Positions 9,822-19,311 of a stretch of 64,000 nt of DNA are shown here, piece after piece. The stretch is from positions 1-64,000 of the forward strand of contig JBDRRP010000027.1 in assembly GCA_043825735.1 (NCBI GenBank). Direction: 5' to 3'. Source of the DNA: Pseudomonadota bacterium. Its GTDB lineage: Bacteria; Desulfobacterota; Desulfobacteria; Desulfobacterales; JBDRRP01. The notes under the pieces were generated by a model that did not search any database, was not told the DNA's origin, and was given only the letters and a program-made list of their open reading frames with translations. The position numbers were made by a program, and so were the translations under genes. Every line of letters begins with the position of its first letter. The stretch's first letter is position 1.

Positions 9822-10000
9822 CCCCCTCCCCTAACCCCTCCCACGAGGGGAGGGGAATAAACTGTTGCACGCGCGGTCAACCATTCGCTGCCTCTGCCCA
9901 GCCCCCCACGCCTTTAGCATTAACCGTAATTCCCAGTTGAAAACGCCGTATCGCAAATAGTTCCCTCTCCCCTCGGGAGAGAGGGCCAGGGTGAGGGGGG
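9822..10000. repeat. CCCCTCCCCTAACCCCTCCC..GGGGAGGGG hairpin doublet
   Basis: Arms at 9822-9855 and 9963-10000. Confidence 0.7.
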
Positions 10001-10129
10001 AATCATCAGACAATCCGGCGAAACGCCTGTCTCAGATCGCGCGGGGCCAAGTTCAGCCAGAGAGGGCGGCCATGGGAAGGATTTTCAAAGGCGACGCGCT
10101 GCGCGAGCAGCGTCCGCAGTTGTGTCATT

Positions 10130-12307
10130 TCAAGGCAAATGCTGCCGATACCACCGCTCGAAAACCGGGGATTGCCGAATCGGATCCAGATCCGGATCCG
10201 TCGCCGCTTGTCCCAACGGCCCGTAGCCCTTCTTTCGGGCCGTCTCGAGCCATGTCACCGCCGACTCCGCGTCCCCCAGCCGGCCATACATGCAGGCGAT
10301 GTTGTAATCGAGCACGCTGCGATCCGGCAAAAGCACCGCCGCCCGCTTCATAAGGCCGATCGCCGCCTTCTCCCGCCCCGGGCGCTGGCCGTAGATACCG
10401 GCCAGTTGCAACAGAGCATCGATGTTTTCGGCGTCGACGGTGAGCAGCTGCCGGTAGGCCTGCTCCGCCGCATCGATCCGCCCGGCCCGAAGGGCTGCCT
10501 CGCCAACGGCTTTCAACACATGGGGGTTGTTCGGGGCGCCGGCAGCGGCCGCTCGGACCAACGGCTCGCCTTCGCCGACCCGGCCACTGCGGATCAGGCT
10601 CAGCCCCAGCAGTGCGGAAGCGACCCGGTTTTCCGGCTCAGCTGAAAGGACGCGGCGCAGGTGCGGCACAGCCAAGGCGTCCTGCCCCTGGTCCATCAGC
10701 AGACCCGCCAGATTCACATGCGCTTCGGCATAATCGGCATCGATGGCAAGCGCGGTGCGATACGCTTCAAGAGCTCCGGCAATATCGCCTTTTCTTCCAA
10801 GCGCACTTCCCAGGTTGTTGTGAGCGCCTGGATTGCCGGGATCCAGCGCAATCGCTTTTCGAATATACGCGATGGCGGTATCGATCTCGCCGCGCGCCAT
10901 CAACACCCCCCCCACATTGCTGTTGGCCTTGGCGTTGAACGGATCGAATGCCAGAATACGGCGGTACTGTTCAAGCGCCTCATCCATGCGTCCGGCGGTT
11001 TTAAGCGCAAAACCCAGATTCAAGAGTGCTGTCCGGTTTTGCGGTGTCACCGCGGTGGTGTGTGCAAACAGTGAGAGATTGCTCTCCCAATACTGAAGTT
11101 GCTTGTGTGTCTGCCAGCTTAAGAACCCCATCACCAGCACCGCCAGTGCCGCCAGGCATCCCCGCCCTTTCCGGGACTCACCGGCGTTATCCGGAATGCT
11201 CCAGACGATCGTCATGAATAGACCGATCATCGGAATATACGCATAGCGATCGGCCATCGACTGCTCACCCACCTGCACGATGCCGATCACCGGCACCAGC
11301 GTGCCCACAAACCAAAACCACCCGACAAAACACCACGGCCGCCGGTAAATCTGGCGGACAGCGACCGTGGTGGCGGCAATCAACAAAATGGCGGCCCCGC
11401 CCACCGCCCACAAGGGGATCTTTTCCGGGTAGGGATAGGGGATGGCCAGGTTTTCAGGAAACACCAGTTTGCCCACGTATCGGATATAAGCACAAAGTGC
11501 ATTGGCAATCCGGGAATCCAGCGGATAGCGATGCAACGTTTGGACCGCGCCGCCGCTTTTCTGGGAAATGATGGTGATGACGACCGATGCCCCCGACAGG
11601 GCGAACAAAAACCATTTCTCTGCAAACAGGCGCCGCCAGCGCCTAAAGGATGCCACCTGGCATCGGGAAAGGGGCCAGATATCAAGCAGGATCAAGGCAA
11701 ACGGCAGGGTCACCACCATGGGCTTGGCCATGAGCCCCAGCGCCATGCAGACACCGACGAGGGCGAGCATGCCGCGTTTTTCAGTCGCCGCATACCGGCA
11801 GTAGGCAATCAATGACAGCATCCAGAACATGGTACTGAGGACATTCTTTCGTTCGGCCACCCAGGCCACCGACTCCACGTTTATCGGGTGCAGCGCAAAT
11901 ACAGCCGCAACGACGGCACTTCGCCACAGCGCGCCGGTCATCATGTACAGGGCGACCAACAGGAGCGCCGCATTGATCAGGTGAAACAGCAGACTGCTCA
12001 GATGATGACCGCCGGCCCATCGCCCGAACAGCTCCACATCCGCCATGTGAGACATCCAGGTGATCGGGTGCCAGTTGGCTGAGTGTGTTTCGCTGAATGC
12101 CCACCCGATGCTCTCCGGGGACAGGCCTTTCAGGACCGCCGTGTTCTCTGTGACGTAGTCCCAATCATCATAGATGTCGATGAAATCGAAATTCACGATC
12201 GGCGCGTAAAGCATCCCCGTCCACAGGGTCAGCACCAAAAGAACCGCCCCCGCCACCGAACGCGATCGTCTGTTTTTTACTGACGGGAGATCTACCTGAA
12301 GCGACAT
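10130..12307 (-). CDS. TMTC-like GT-C membrane glycosyltransferase with C-terminal TPRs
   Basis: YDDWDYV acidic loop, WHP, HPINVESVAWVAERK, AKPM and ADRYAY motifs; TPR array. Confidence 0.8.
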   Translation of the reverse strand: MSLQVDLPSVKNRRSRSVAGAVLLVLTLWTGMLYAPIVNFDFIDIYDDWDYVTENTAVLKGLSPESIGWAFSETHSANWHPITWMSHMADVELFGRWAGGHHLSSLLFHLINAALLLVALYMMTGALWRSAVVAAVFALHPINVESVAWVAERKNVLSTMFWMLSLIAYCRYAATEKRGMLALVGVCMALGLMAKPMVVTLPFALILLDIWPLSRCQVASFRRWRRLFAEKWFLFALSGASVVITIISQKSGGAVQTLHRYPLDSRIANALCAYIRYVGKLVFPENLAIPYPYPEKIPLWAVGGAAILLIAATTVAVRQIYRRPWCFVGWFWFVGTLVPVIGIVQVGEQSMADRYAYIPMIGLFMTIVWSIPDNAGESRKGRGCLAALAVLVMGFLSWQTHKQLQYWESNLSLFAHTTAVTPQNRTALLNLGFALKTAGRMDEALEQYRRILAFDPFNAKANSNVGGVLMARGEIDTAIAYIRKAIALDPGNPGAHNNLGSALGRKGDIAGALEAYRTALAIDADYAEAHVNLAGLLMDQGQDALAVPHLRRVLSAEPENRVASALLGLSLIRSGRVGEGEPLVRAAAAGAPNNPHVLKAVGEAALRAGRIDAAEQAYRQLLTVDAENIDALLQLAGIYGQRPGREKAAIGLMKRAAVLLPDRSVLDYNIACMYGRLGDAESAVTWLETARKKGYGPLGQAATDPDLDPIRQSPVFERWYRQHLP

Positions 12308-12405
12308 CGATAATCCTTGCGTGAGTGGATGACCAGGGTCAACACCGGTGGTTTTGGCCTTGCAGCGACCGCCCCCCCGCGTGACGGTCGGGCACCATTG
12401 TAAAT

Positions 12406-14229
12406 TTATACAACACGGCGGAACAGTTTCTCCAGGTCCCGCGGCGTCCATTGGATCCACAGCGGACGGCCGTGAGGGCAGTGGGAGGGGTTGCTGCAAC
12501 CGGCGAGTTGCGTCAGCAATGTCTGCATTTCAATCATGTCGAGGCCGTGATTGGCGCGGATGGCATCGTGACAGGCGATGCGCTGGATGATCGGCTCCAG
12601 CAGCCCCGCGGGCGACAGTGTGCGGCCGGCGTCGAGGGCCTTTTCAACCAACGCCCTGAGAATGGGTTCTACAGCGAAACGGGCCAGCAGCGCGGGTACG
12701 GCAGTCATCGCCCAAGTCGTGCCGCCAAAGGGCTCCAAAGCAAAACCGAGGCGCTGCAGCGCCGGCAGCATTTCGGCAAGAACATCCGCTTCCCGAAACC
12801 CGAAATCAAGGGTGTCGGGCATGAGAAGTCTCTGAGCAGCGGGCTTTTCCCGTTCGCTCTGCCGGATCAATTCTTCGTACACCACCCGCTCATGGGCCGC
12901 GTGCTGGTCGATCACCACCAGCCCGGCCGTACTCTCGCACAGAATGTAGGTCCCCGTGTACTGCCCGATGACCCGAAGATCTTCATACCGAAACGGCGCC
13001 TCCCCGGTCGACGGGGATGTCCCCTGGTCTTCAGCATCCACGGAATCGCGCTTCAGGTGCGCCGGCGCAGCAGGCGCAAAAAGAGATCCCGCCGCCTGTT
13101 TTTGCCCTTCACCGGCCGAAGGCCGCCATATATTCTTCGGCAAAGCCGAAGAATATGGACGGATGTGCTCGCGCAGTTGTGCCGCCACAACGGGAGAAGG
13201 CTCGCGTGAAATGGAAATGGATTCAATGCTTCCGCCGGGATCGCTGCTTCGAAGCGCTGTCATGACACAGCGAACGATATGGTCATGCACCAGTCGCTGG
13301 TCGGCAAACCGGATCTCGTGCTTGGTGGGGTGCACGTTGACGTCCACCCGATCCGGCGGCACCCGGATAAAGATGACGGCCACCGGATACTGCCCGCGCA
13401 TGAGCCTGCCGCTGTAGCCGGCCATGACTGCATGCTGCACCACCCGATCCCGGACAAAGCGCCCGTTGACATAGGTGTAGATCCCCCTGGAGGTGGCGCG
13501 GTTATGGCGACCGGGCAGACACCAGCCGGTCACTGAGACACCGGCTGTCTCGATATCGATGGGCAGCAGATCTGAAGCGGCCTCCGGCCCGAGCACATCG
13601 GCCACGCGCACGCCCCCGTCAACGGCCGCCGGCCAATCCTTGACCCCGCTGCCGTTGTGCGTGAGGGTAAAGCGCACCCCCGGGTTGCCCAGTGCAATGC
13701 GCGAGACCGTGTCCCCCACATGCCCCATCTCGGTATTGACCGTCTTGAGAAACTTGCGGCGGGCCGGCGTGTTGAAGAAAAGCTGGCGGATGGTGATCAT
13801 GGTGCCGGGGGGCGCGCCGGTGGCCGTCACGGACAGGATCTTACCGCCCTCGACATTAATGCAGGTGCCCTCATCGGCCTCGGCTTCACGGGTGACCAGC
13901 TCCAACCGGGACACCGAGGCGATGCTCGGCAGCGCCTCGCCACGGAATCCCAGGGTGGCGATGGCAAACAGATCGTCGTCGCTGTAAATCTTGCTGGTGG
14001 CGTAACGCTCCAGCGACAGCAGCGCATCGTCGCGGTTCATCCCGGCGCCGTTGTCCGCCACCCGAATGAGGGAGCGCCCACCGCTTTCCACATCCACCCG
14101 GATCTGGGTGCTTGCCGCATCCAGCGCGTTTTCCACCAACTCCTTCACCACCGAGGCCGGCCGCTCCACCACCTCTCCGGCAGCGATCTTGTTGGAAATG
14201 ATCTCGGGTAGAATTCTTATCCTGGACAT
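12406..14229 (-). CDS. mutL: DNA mismatch repair endonuclease MutL
   Basis: IAAGEVVERPASVVKELVEN, GFRGEAL, DQHAAHER, CPHGRP. Confidence 0.97.
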   Translation of the reverse strand: MSRIRILPEIISNKIAAGEVVERPASVVKELVENALDAASTQIRVDVESGGRSLIRVADNGAGMNRDDALLSLERYATSKIYSDDDLFAIATLGFRGEALPSIASVSRLELVTREAEADEGTCINVEGGKILSVTATGAPPGTMITIRQLFFNTPARRKFLKTVNTEMGHVGDTVSRIALGNPGVRFTLTHNGSGVKDWPAAVDGGVRVADVLGPEAASDLLPIDIETAGVSVTGWCLPGRHNRATSRGIYTYVNGRFVRDRVVQHAVMAGYSGRLMRGQYPVAVIFIRVPPDRVDVNVHPTKHEIRFADQRLVHDHIVRCVMTALRSSDPGGSIESISISREPSPVVAAQLREHIRPYSSALPKNIWRPSAGEGQKQAAGSLFAPAAPAHLKRDSVDAEDQGTSPSTGEAPFRYEDLRVIGQYTGTYILCESTAGLVVIDQHAAHERVVYEELIRQSEREKPAAQRLLMPDTLDFGFREADVLAEMLPALQRLGFALEPFGGTTWAMTAVPALLARFAVEPILRALVEKALDAGRTLSPAGLLEPIIQRIACHDAIRANHGLDMIEMQTLLTQLAGCSNPSHCPHGRPLWIQWTPRDLEKLFRRVV

Positions 14230-14255
14230 ACGTGCCTATAGCGCTCGATGGTTTC

Positions 14256-14338
14256 ACCACGGAGTCACGGAGAACACGGAGATTTGTTGTCAAAACCAAT
14301 ATTATCTTTCTTCTCCGTGGCCTCCGTGACTCCGTGGT
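14256..14338. repeat. Empty triple-CACGGAG inverted arm pair
   Basis: ACCACGGAGTCACGGAGAACACGGAG-31 nt-CTCCGTGGCCTCCGTGACTCCGTGGT. Confidence 0.85.
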
Positions 14339-14348
14339 TAACAGTCTT

Positions 14349-14522
14349 TTATTTCAGTTCGTCCGCACGGGCGAGGTACTCCATTTCGGCGGGCGAAAGG
14401 TTGAACTTGGCACCGGCTTCGTTGATGATTTTCTTGAGCGGTTTTTCCGGGTTCGCCTTGCGCGCTTCGGAGATCCACTTGACGGCGTTTCGAAGATGAT
14501 CACCTGAGGGTTGTATCGACAT
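14349..14522 (-). CDS. Small hypothetical protein (57 aa)
   Basis: SD AAAGG; helical sequence; co-directional with the operon. Confidence 0.65.
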   Translation of the reverse strand: MSIQPSGDHLRNAVKWISEARKANPEKPLKKIINEAGAKFNLSPAEMEYLARADELK

Positions 14523-14545
14523 GATTTTTCCTTTCAAAAAAAATG

Positions 14546-15037
14546 AACCACGGAGTTCACGGAGAACACGGAGAATTTAATCATAAAACCATTCGAGTAA
14601 TTCCGTCTTTAAGCAATGCCACATTGAAATTGATCAGTAGCCCGACCGACAACTCCGAAATCTTTAAGTAAGAAAGCAATTGCGCCTTGTGAATCGGCAA
14701 GATTGCCTCCACTGCTTTCAGTTCAATGATGAGCTTGTCTTCCACCAGAAAGTCCAGACGATAACCGCAATCAAGCTGAACACCCTTGTAATGAACTGGA
14801 AGTGAAATTTGCCTCTTGAAGATGATCCGGTTTAGCACAAATTCATGTGCAAGGCATTGCTCATAAGCTGATTCCAGCATGCCCGGTCCGAGTTGCCGAT
14901 GGACCTCCACGGCGCAGCCAATTACCTTGCTGGTCAAGTCTTCGAATTCCACTTTCTCCATCCCCTGGTCACGGCGGTGTCGTCACTCGGGAAACGTTTT
15001 GATTTTTTTCTCCGTGTCCTCCGTGTCCTCCGTGGTT
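14546..15037 (-). mobile_element. GxxExxY cassette bounded by triple-CACGGAG inverted arms
   Basis: Arms at 14546-14573 and 15010-15037; the upstream arm overlaps the gatA stop codon. Confidence 0.65.
14581..14961 (-). CDS. GxxExxY protein (PD-(D/E)XK nuclease-like)
   Basis: GMLESAY motif; RLDFLVEDKLIIELK; GLLINF. Confidence 0.92.
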   Translation of the reverse strand: MEKVEFEDLTSKVIGCAVEVHRQLGPGMLESAYEQCLAHEFVLNRIIFKRQISLPVHYKGVQLDCGYRLDFLVEDKLIIELKAVEAILPIHKAQLLSYLKISELSVGLLINFNVALLKDGITRMVL

Positions 15038-16496
15038 AAAAAGCCGGCTTTCTTTTATGATGATCCGTCACCTGCTCAAAGGCGTGCGCCACCCGAAGCA
15101 GCGTCGCTTCATCGAAATGCTTTCCCATGAGCTGCATCCCGATGGGCAGCCCCGAGTCGGAGAAGCCGCAGGGCACCGACATGCCGGGAATACCGGCCAG
15201 GTTGGCGGACAGGGTGAAAATGTCGCCCAGATACATGGTGAGCGGGTCATCGGTATTCTCGCCGATTTTAAACGCCGGTGTCGGCGCGACCGGAGAGACG
15301 ATGACATCGCAACCCGTGAATGCCCGGGTGAAATCGTCCCGGATCAGGGTCCGCACCTGGGAGGCCTTGCCGTAGTAAGCGTCGTAGTATCCGGCCGACA
15401 GGCAGTAGGTCCCGATGATGATGCGCCGCTGAACCTCGGCGCCGAACCCGGCCGATCGGCTTGCGCGATACATGTCCAATATGCCGTCGGCACTCCGATC
15501 CCGGAAGCCGTATTTGACCCCGTCGTAGCGTGCCAGGTTGCTGCTGGCTTCCGAAGGCGCAATGACGTAATACGCGGCAACGGCATAGCGGGTGTGCGGC
15601 AGCGATATGGGCTTCACCGCAGCGCCAAGGTTCTTGAGTGTTTCGACGGCGGCCTGAACCGCCGACCCCACCTGGGGGTCCAGCCCGTCGGACCCGCTGT
15701 ATTCTTCGGGGATGCCGATGGTGATGTCTCTGATATCTCCGGTCAGTGCGGCCGAAAAATCCGGCACGTCCCGGGGGGCCGAGGTGGAATCGGCAGGGTC
15801 ATGGCCGCAGATGGCATTCATCAGGATGGCGCAATCGCGCACATCCCGGGTGAGCGGGCCGATCTGATCCAGTGACGAGGCAAACGCCACCAGCCCGTAC
15901 CGGGATACCCGGCCATAGGTGGGCTTCATCCCCACCACGCCGCAGTGGGAGGCCGGCTGCCGGATGGATCCGCCGGTATCCGAGCCCAGGGCGCCAAGGC
16001 ACAGCTCGGCGGCAACGGCGGCGGCCGAGCCACCGCTGGAACCGCCGGGAATGCGCGTCAGGTCCCAGGGGTTGCGGGTCACCTGCAGACCTGAATTTTC
16101 GGTTGACGATCCCATGGCGAACTCGTCCATGTTGAGTTTACCTAGTATCACGGTGCCGGCATCGTTGAGCTTTGAGGCCACGGTCGCATCGTATGGCGGC
16201 ACAAAATTTTCAAGAATCCGTGAGGCGCAGGTGGTTCTGATCCCGCGGGTGCAGATGAGGTCTTTGAGTGCCAGAGGGATGCCGGTCAGGGGCCCCTGCC
16301 GGCCTTCGGCGATGGCCTTGTCGGCGGCATCGGCCGCCAGAAGCGCCTTGTCGCTGGTGACGGTGATAAAGGCGCCGATCTTGTCATCAACCGCCGCGAT
16401 GCGCGCCAGCACCGATTCGGTCAGTTCCCGTGCGCGGATCTCCTTTTTAGCCAGCAGATCGCCCGCATCGTGAATGGTCAGTTCATAAAGTTCCAT
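15036..16496 (-). CDS. gatA: Asp/Glu-tRNA amidotransferase subunit A
   Basis: Amidase signature [30 protein letters not shown]. Confidence 0.97.
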   Translation of the reverse strand: MELYELTIHDAGDLLAKKEIRARELTESVLARIAAVDDKIGAFITVTSDKALLAADAADKAIAEGRQGPLTGIPLALKDLICTRGIRTTCASRILENFVPPYDATVASKLNDAGTVILGKLNMDEFAMGSSTENSGLQVTRNPWDLTRIPGGSSGGSAAAVAAELCLGALGSDTGGSIRQPASHCGVVGMKPTYGRVSRYGLVAFASSLDQIGPLTRDVRDCAILMNAICGHDPADSTSAPRDVPDFSAALTGDIRDITIGIPEEYSGSDGLDPQVGSAVQAAVETLKNLGAAVKPISLPHTRYAVAAYYVIAPSEASSNLARYDGVKYGFRDRSADGILDMYRASRSAGFGAEVQRRIIIGTYCLSAGYYDAYYGKASQVRTLIRDDFTRAFTGCDVIVSPVAPTPAFKIGENTDDPLTMYLGDIFTLSANLAGIPGMSVPCGFSDSGLPIGMQLMGKHFDEATLLRVAHAFEQVTDHHKRKPAF

Positions 16497-16528
16497 AAAA
16501 GACCCCTTAAATATCTATAATAGCCGTC

Positions 16529-16688
16529 TGATGGCTTCGAAAAAGCGTTAAATCACCACAGAGGGCACAGAGAGCGCAGAGGTAAGTAATTAATTGAACT
16601 CTCAACGAGCCACTGCGATCTATGGTTCAAAATCACTTTTCACGAACTCAATATTTAACTCTGCGTTTCTCTGCGTCCTCTGCGGTTA
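16529..16688. repeat. Degenerate MITE-A plus an extra triple-7-mer arm
   Basis: ACCACAGAGGGCACAGAGAGCGCAGAG; GGTTCAAAATCAC; CTCTGCGTTTCTCTGCGTCCTCTGCGGTT. Confidence 0.7.
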
Positions 16689-16690
16689 AA

Positions 16691-17080
16691 TCATCTGGTT
16701 ATGCGCTTATCATTTTTAAACCTAAGGATGCCGCTCTTTAGCCTTGCAACGTTGAAATTAATCAACAGCCCAGTGCTGATACCAGACAGTTTCATATAAG
16801 TCAGTATCTGTGCCTGGTGAATCCCTTTGATTTCATCAACGGCCTTGAGTTCAATGATTAGCCGGTCGTCAACGACCATATCTATACGGTAGCCGCAATT
16901 GAGAAGTATGCCCTTGTACGCCACCGGCAACGGATGCTCCAGTTTGAAGGATACCCCATTGAGGTGAAGTTCGTGTGCAAGGCATTGTTTATACGTCGAT
17001 TCGAGTAATCCTGGTCCCAATGCGCGATGAACATCAATGGCACAGCCAATTACCGTTCCGGTGAGGGGATCTCTCTTCAT
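16691..17080 (-). CDS. GxxExxY protein, second copy, between gatC and gatA
   Basis: GLLESTY; RIDMVVDDRLIIELK; ATG directly preceded by the arm remnant GGGCACAGAGAA. Confidence 0.9.
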   Translation of the reverse strand: MKRDPLTGTVIGCAIDVHRALGPGLLESTYKQCLAHELHLNGVSFKLEHPLPVAYKGILLNCGYRIDMVVDDRLIIELKAVDEIKGIHQAQILTYMKLSGISTGLLINFNVARLKSGILRFKNDKRITR

Positions 17081-17131
17081 TTCTCTGTGCCCTGCAATTG
17101 TCATTTCGAATGCTTGTCGAACTGCACACGG

Positions 17132-17419
17132 CTACTCGATCACACGCGGCACAATGAATGCCTCTTCTGAGCGCTCAGGGGCATTGGCCAGCGCGGATTC
17201 CCGGTCGAGGTGGGTGTGTTCCACGTCCTCGCGGAATGCGTTGGTCAGCGCCGTGGCATGCGCGGTGGCCGCCACACCGGCGGTGTCGACGGCTTTGAGC
17301 TGATCCACGTAATCGAGAATATCGCCGATCTGCCCGGCAAACCGGTCGATGGCCCCCTCATCCAGATCCAGCCGGGCCAGTTTGGCCACGGTTTGAACTT
17401 CCTCCCGAGAAATCTTCAT
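17132..17419 (-). CDS. gatC: Asp/Glu-tRNA amidotransferase subunit C
   Basis: VAKLARL, NAFRED, NAP, FIVPRVI. Confidence 0.95.
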   Translation of the reverse strand: MKISREEVQTVAKLARLDLDEGAIDRFAGQIGDILDYVDQLKAVDTAGVAATAHATALTNAFREDVEHTHLDRESALANAPERSEEAFIVPRVIE

Positions 17420-17472
17420 TTTCTTTTTCCTATCTGCCTTCGGCGGCGATCAGACCGTAAAAAAGGATTTTG

Positions 17473-17556
17473 AACCACAGAGACACGGAGAACACGGAGG
17501 TTTTAAATTAACATCAAGATCTTTTGCTTTCTCCGTGTCCTCCGTGCCTCCGTGGT
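17473..17556. repeat. Triple-7-mer inverted arm pair (MITE-A-like)
   Basis: AACCACAGAGACACGGAGAACACGGAG ... CTCCGTGTCCTCCGTGCCTCCGTGGT. Confidence 0.85.
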
Positions 17557-17603
17557 GATTGCCTTTTTTTTTTGCTGCCTTAAGCGCGGATCCACCGGAT
17601 CTC

Positions 17604-18269
17604 TTACTTTCTGATAACCATCGCTCCTTTTGCGACGGCGCCCATCTTCAACTGGGCGGCTTCTGCGGCTTCCCTGTCCGGATATGCTCCCACGCGCACG
17701 CGATACCACACGCCTTTGTCCGGAATCTCGATGGATTCCCGGTAGGCCGGATACCCTTGCTTTTTTAGTTTTTCGACCATCGCCGCTGCGGCCTCGCCTT
17801 CTTTCATGGAGGCCACCTGCAGGATATACGGTCTCTCAGACGTTTCTGCCGGGGCCGTCGCAGCCGGCGCGGGCCGATCCGCCGGCGCAGTTGCCGGTGA
17901 AGCGGCCGGCTTCGGTCGGTTGACGGCCGGGGGCGTTGCCCCTGCCGCGGCGCCAGCTGGGGGCGCAGCCGGCGGATCGGCGGGGTTTCGCAGAACTTCC
18001 CGGAACTTCATGGGGCGCCGGTCGCCGGGGGTTTCACTTTCGATCCGGTATCGCTGCGCGTCTTCCCTGAAGGCTTCCGCGCGCAGGGATTTCAGTCTTT
18101 CCTGAATTCCGGGGATGTCAAATTTGACGGGAGCGGTACCCCGCCCTACGAAAACGCCTACGGTAAACATGAATACCGACAGCAGCAGCAGCCCCAGCAG
18201 TTTCTGCAACAGCGGCGGCCGGCGGCCGCTGTCCGATGGGGAGCCTGTTTCTGTGCGCTGTTTTGCCAT
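17604..18269 (-). CDS. SPOR-domain membrane protein (FtsN/DedD-like)
   Basis: TM helix, Pro/Ala linker, YILQVAS..WYRVRVG; follows argS. Confidence 0.85.
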   Translation of the reverse strand: MAKQRTETGSPSDSGRRPPLLQKLLGLLLLSVFMFTVGVFVGRGTAPVKFDIPGIQERLKSLRAEAFREDAQRYRIESETPGDRRPMKFREVLRNPADPPAAPPAGAAAGATPPAVNRPKPAASPATAPADRPAPAATAPAETSERPYILQVASMKEGEAAAAMVEKLKKQGYPAYRESIEIPDKGVWYRVRVGAYPDREAAEAAQLKMGAVAKGAMVIRK

Positions 18270-18350
18270 TATCCGGATCGGGGATCCACTATGCATTCGC
18301 CATTTTCCCATATAGCACGGAAACGGCGAATCAGATTATGTGTTAGCACC

Positions 18351-19240
18351 AAGTCTGAAATCACCACAGAGGACGCAGAGGGCGCAGAGATAACTTACTA
18401 ATTATTTCGTATATTCTCTGCGGCCCTCTGCGGTCTCTGTGGTTCAAAATCGCTTTTTACGGATTCATCAAGTCTCATATACAAATCCGAAAAGCACCGG
18501 GTCGACCCCATGCGAACGCACGTTGCCTTGAGCGGTGATCACTTCACGGCGTCAAAGCGGCATAAGCGCCGCACCAGTTGAACCTGGAATTTCTCTGCGC
18601 CCCTGCGTCTCTGCGCGAAAAACGCTTTACGCTTTTCTACGAAACGCCAGTTTAGCATCAAAGGCCTGTGCTCCTCGATGACATTGTGAGATCACCAGTC
18701 ACGGAGGGCACGGAGATTTTATTTATAAAATCAACCGCTTTTAATTTTCTCTGAGTCCTCCGTGGTTCAAAATCCCTTTGGATAGCAGCGACACCTCGAT
18801 CGGATCCTCGTGACTTTGCCCGCCTCCCCCTCCCCTGGCCCCTCCCACGAGGGGAGGGGAATTTATGGATATGCATTATTCTCCGGCTAAGGTTCTGGGT
18901 GTTTCGTAGGGGAGGGGTTCATCCCCTCCCGCAATCGGCTAAGATGCCCCCAACCGTTCTTTTACACCGAGCACGGGCGGGGATCAGCCTTCGCCAAGGC
19001 TTCCACCGTCGCTGCGCTTCCGCCGTCGCTACGCTATGGCGGACAAGACGGCGGACACGTAAACCCCGCACCCGACACGATTGAGTGCCCCCCGGTGCCC
19101 ATATGGAATGCAGCGATGGGCGCTCCGATGCAATCGGCGAATTTTTTATGTTCAAACAGCGCCTGACCATTAGCTGGAGAATAGTGCATAACCAGATTGA
19201 ATTATTAGCAAGTTACCTCTGCGCCCTCTGTGGTGATTCC
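18351..19240. repeat. Composite repeat field: MITE-A (18351-18470), arms, CCCCTCCC hairpin, MITE-B (18868-19195)
   Basis: Modules recur across the window. Confidence 0.75.
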
Positions 19241-19311
19241 GGATTTTTCGCCTGGAACCCTAAGCGAAGCGCAGGGTTTCCAAGGCCAACATGCCGTTTG
19301 TGGATGGGCAC

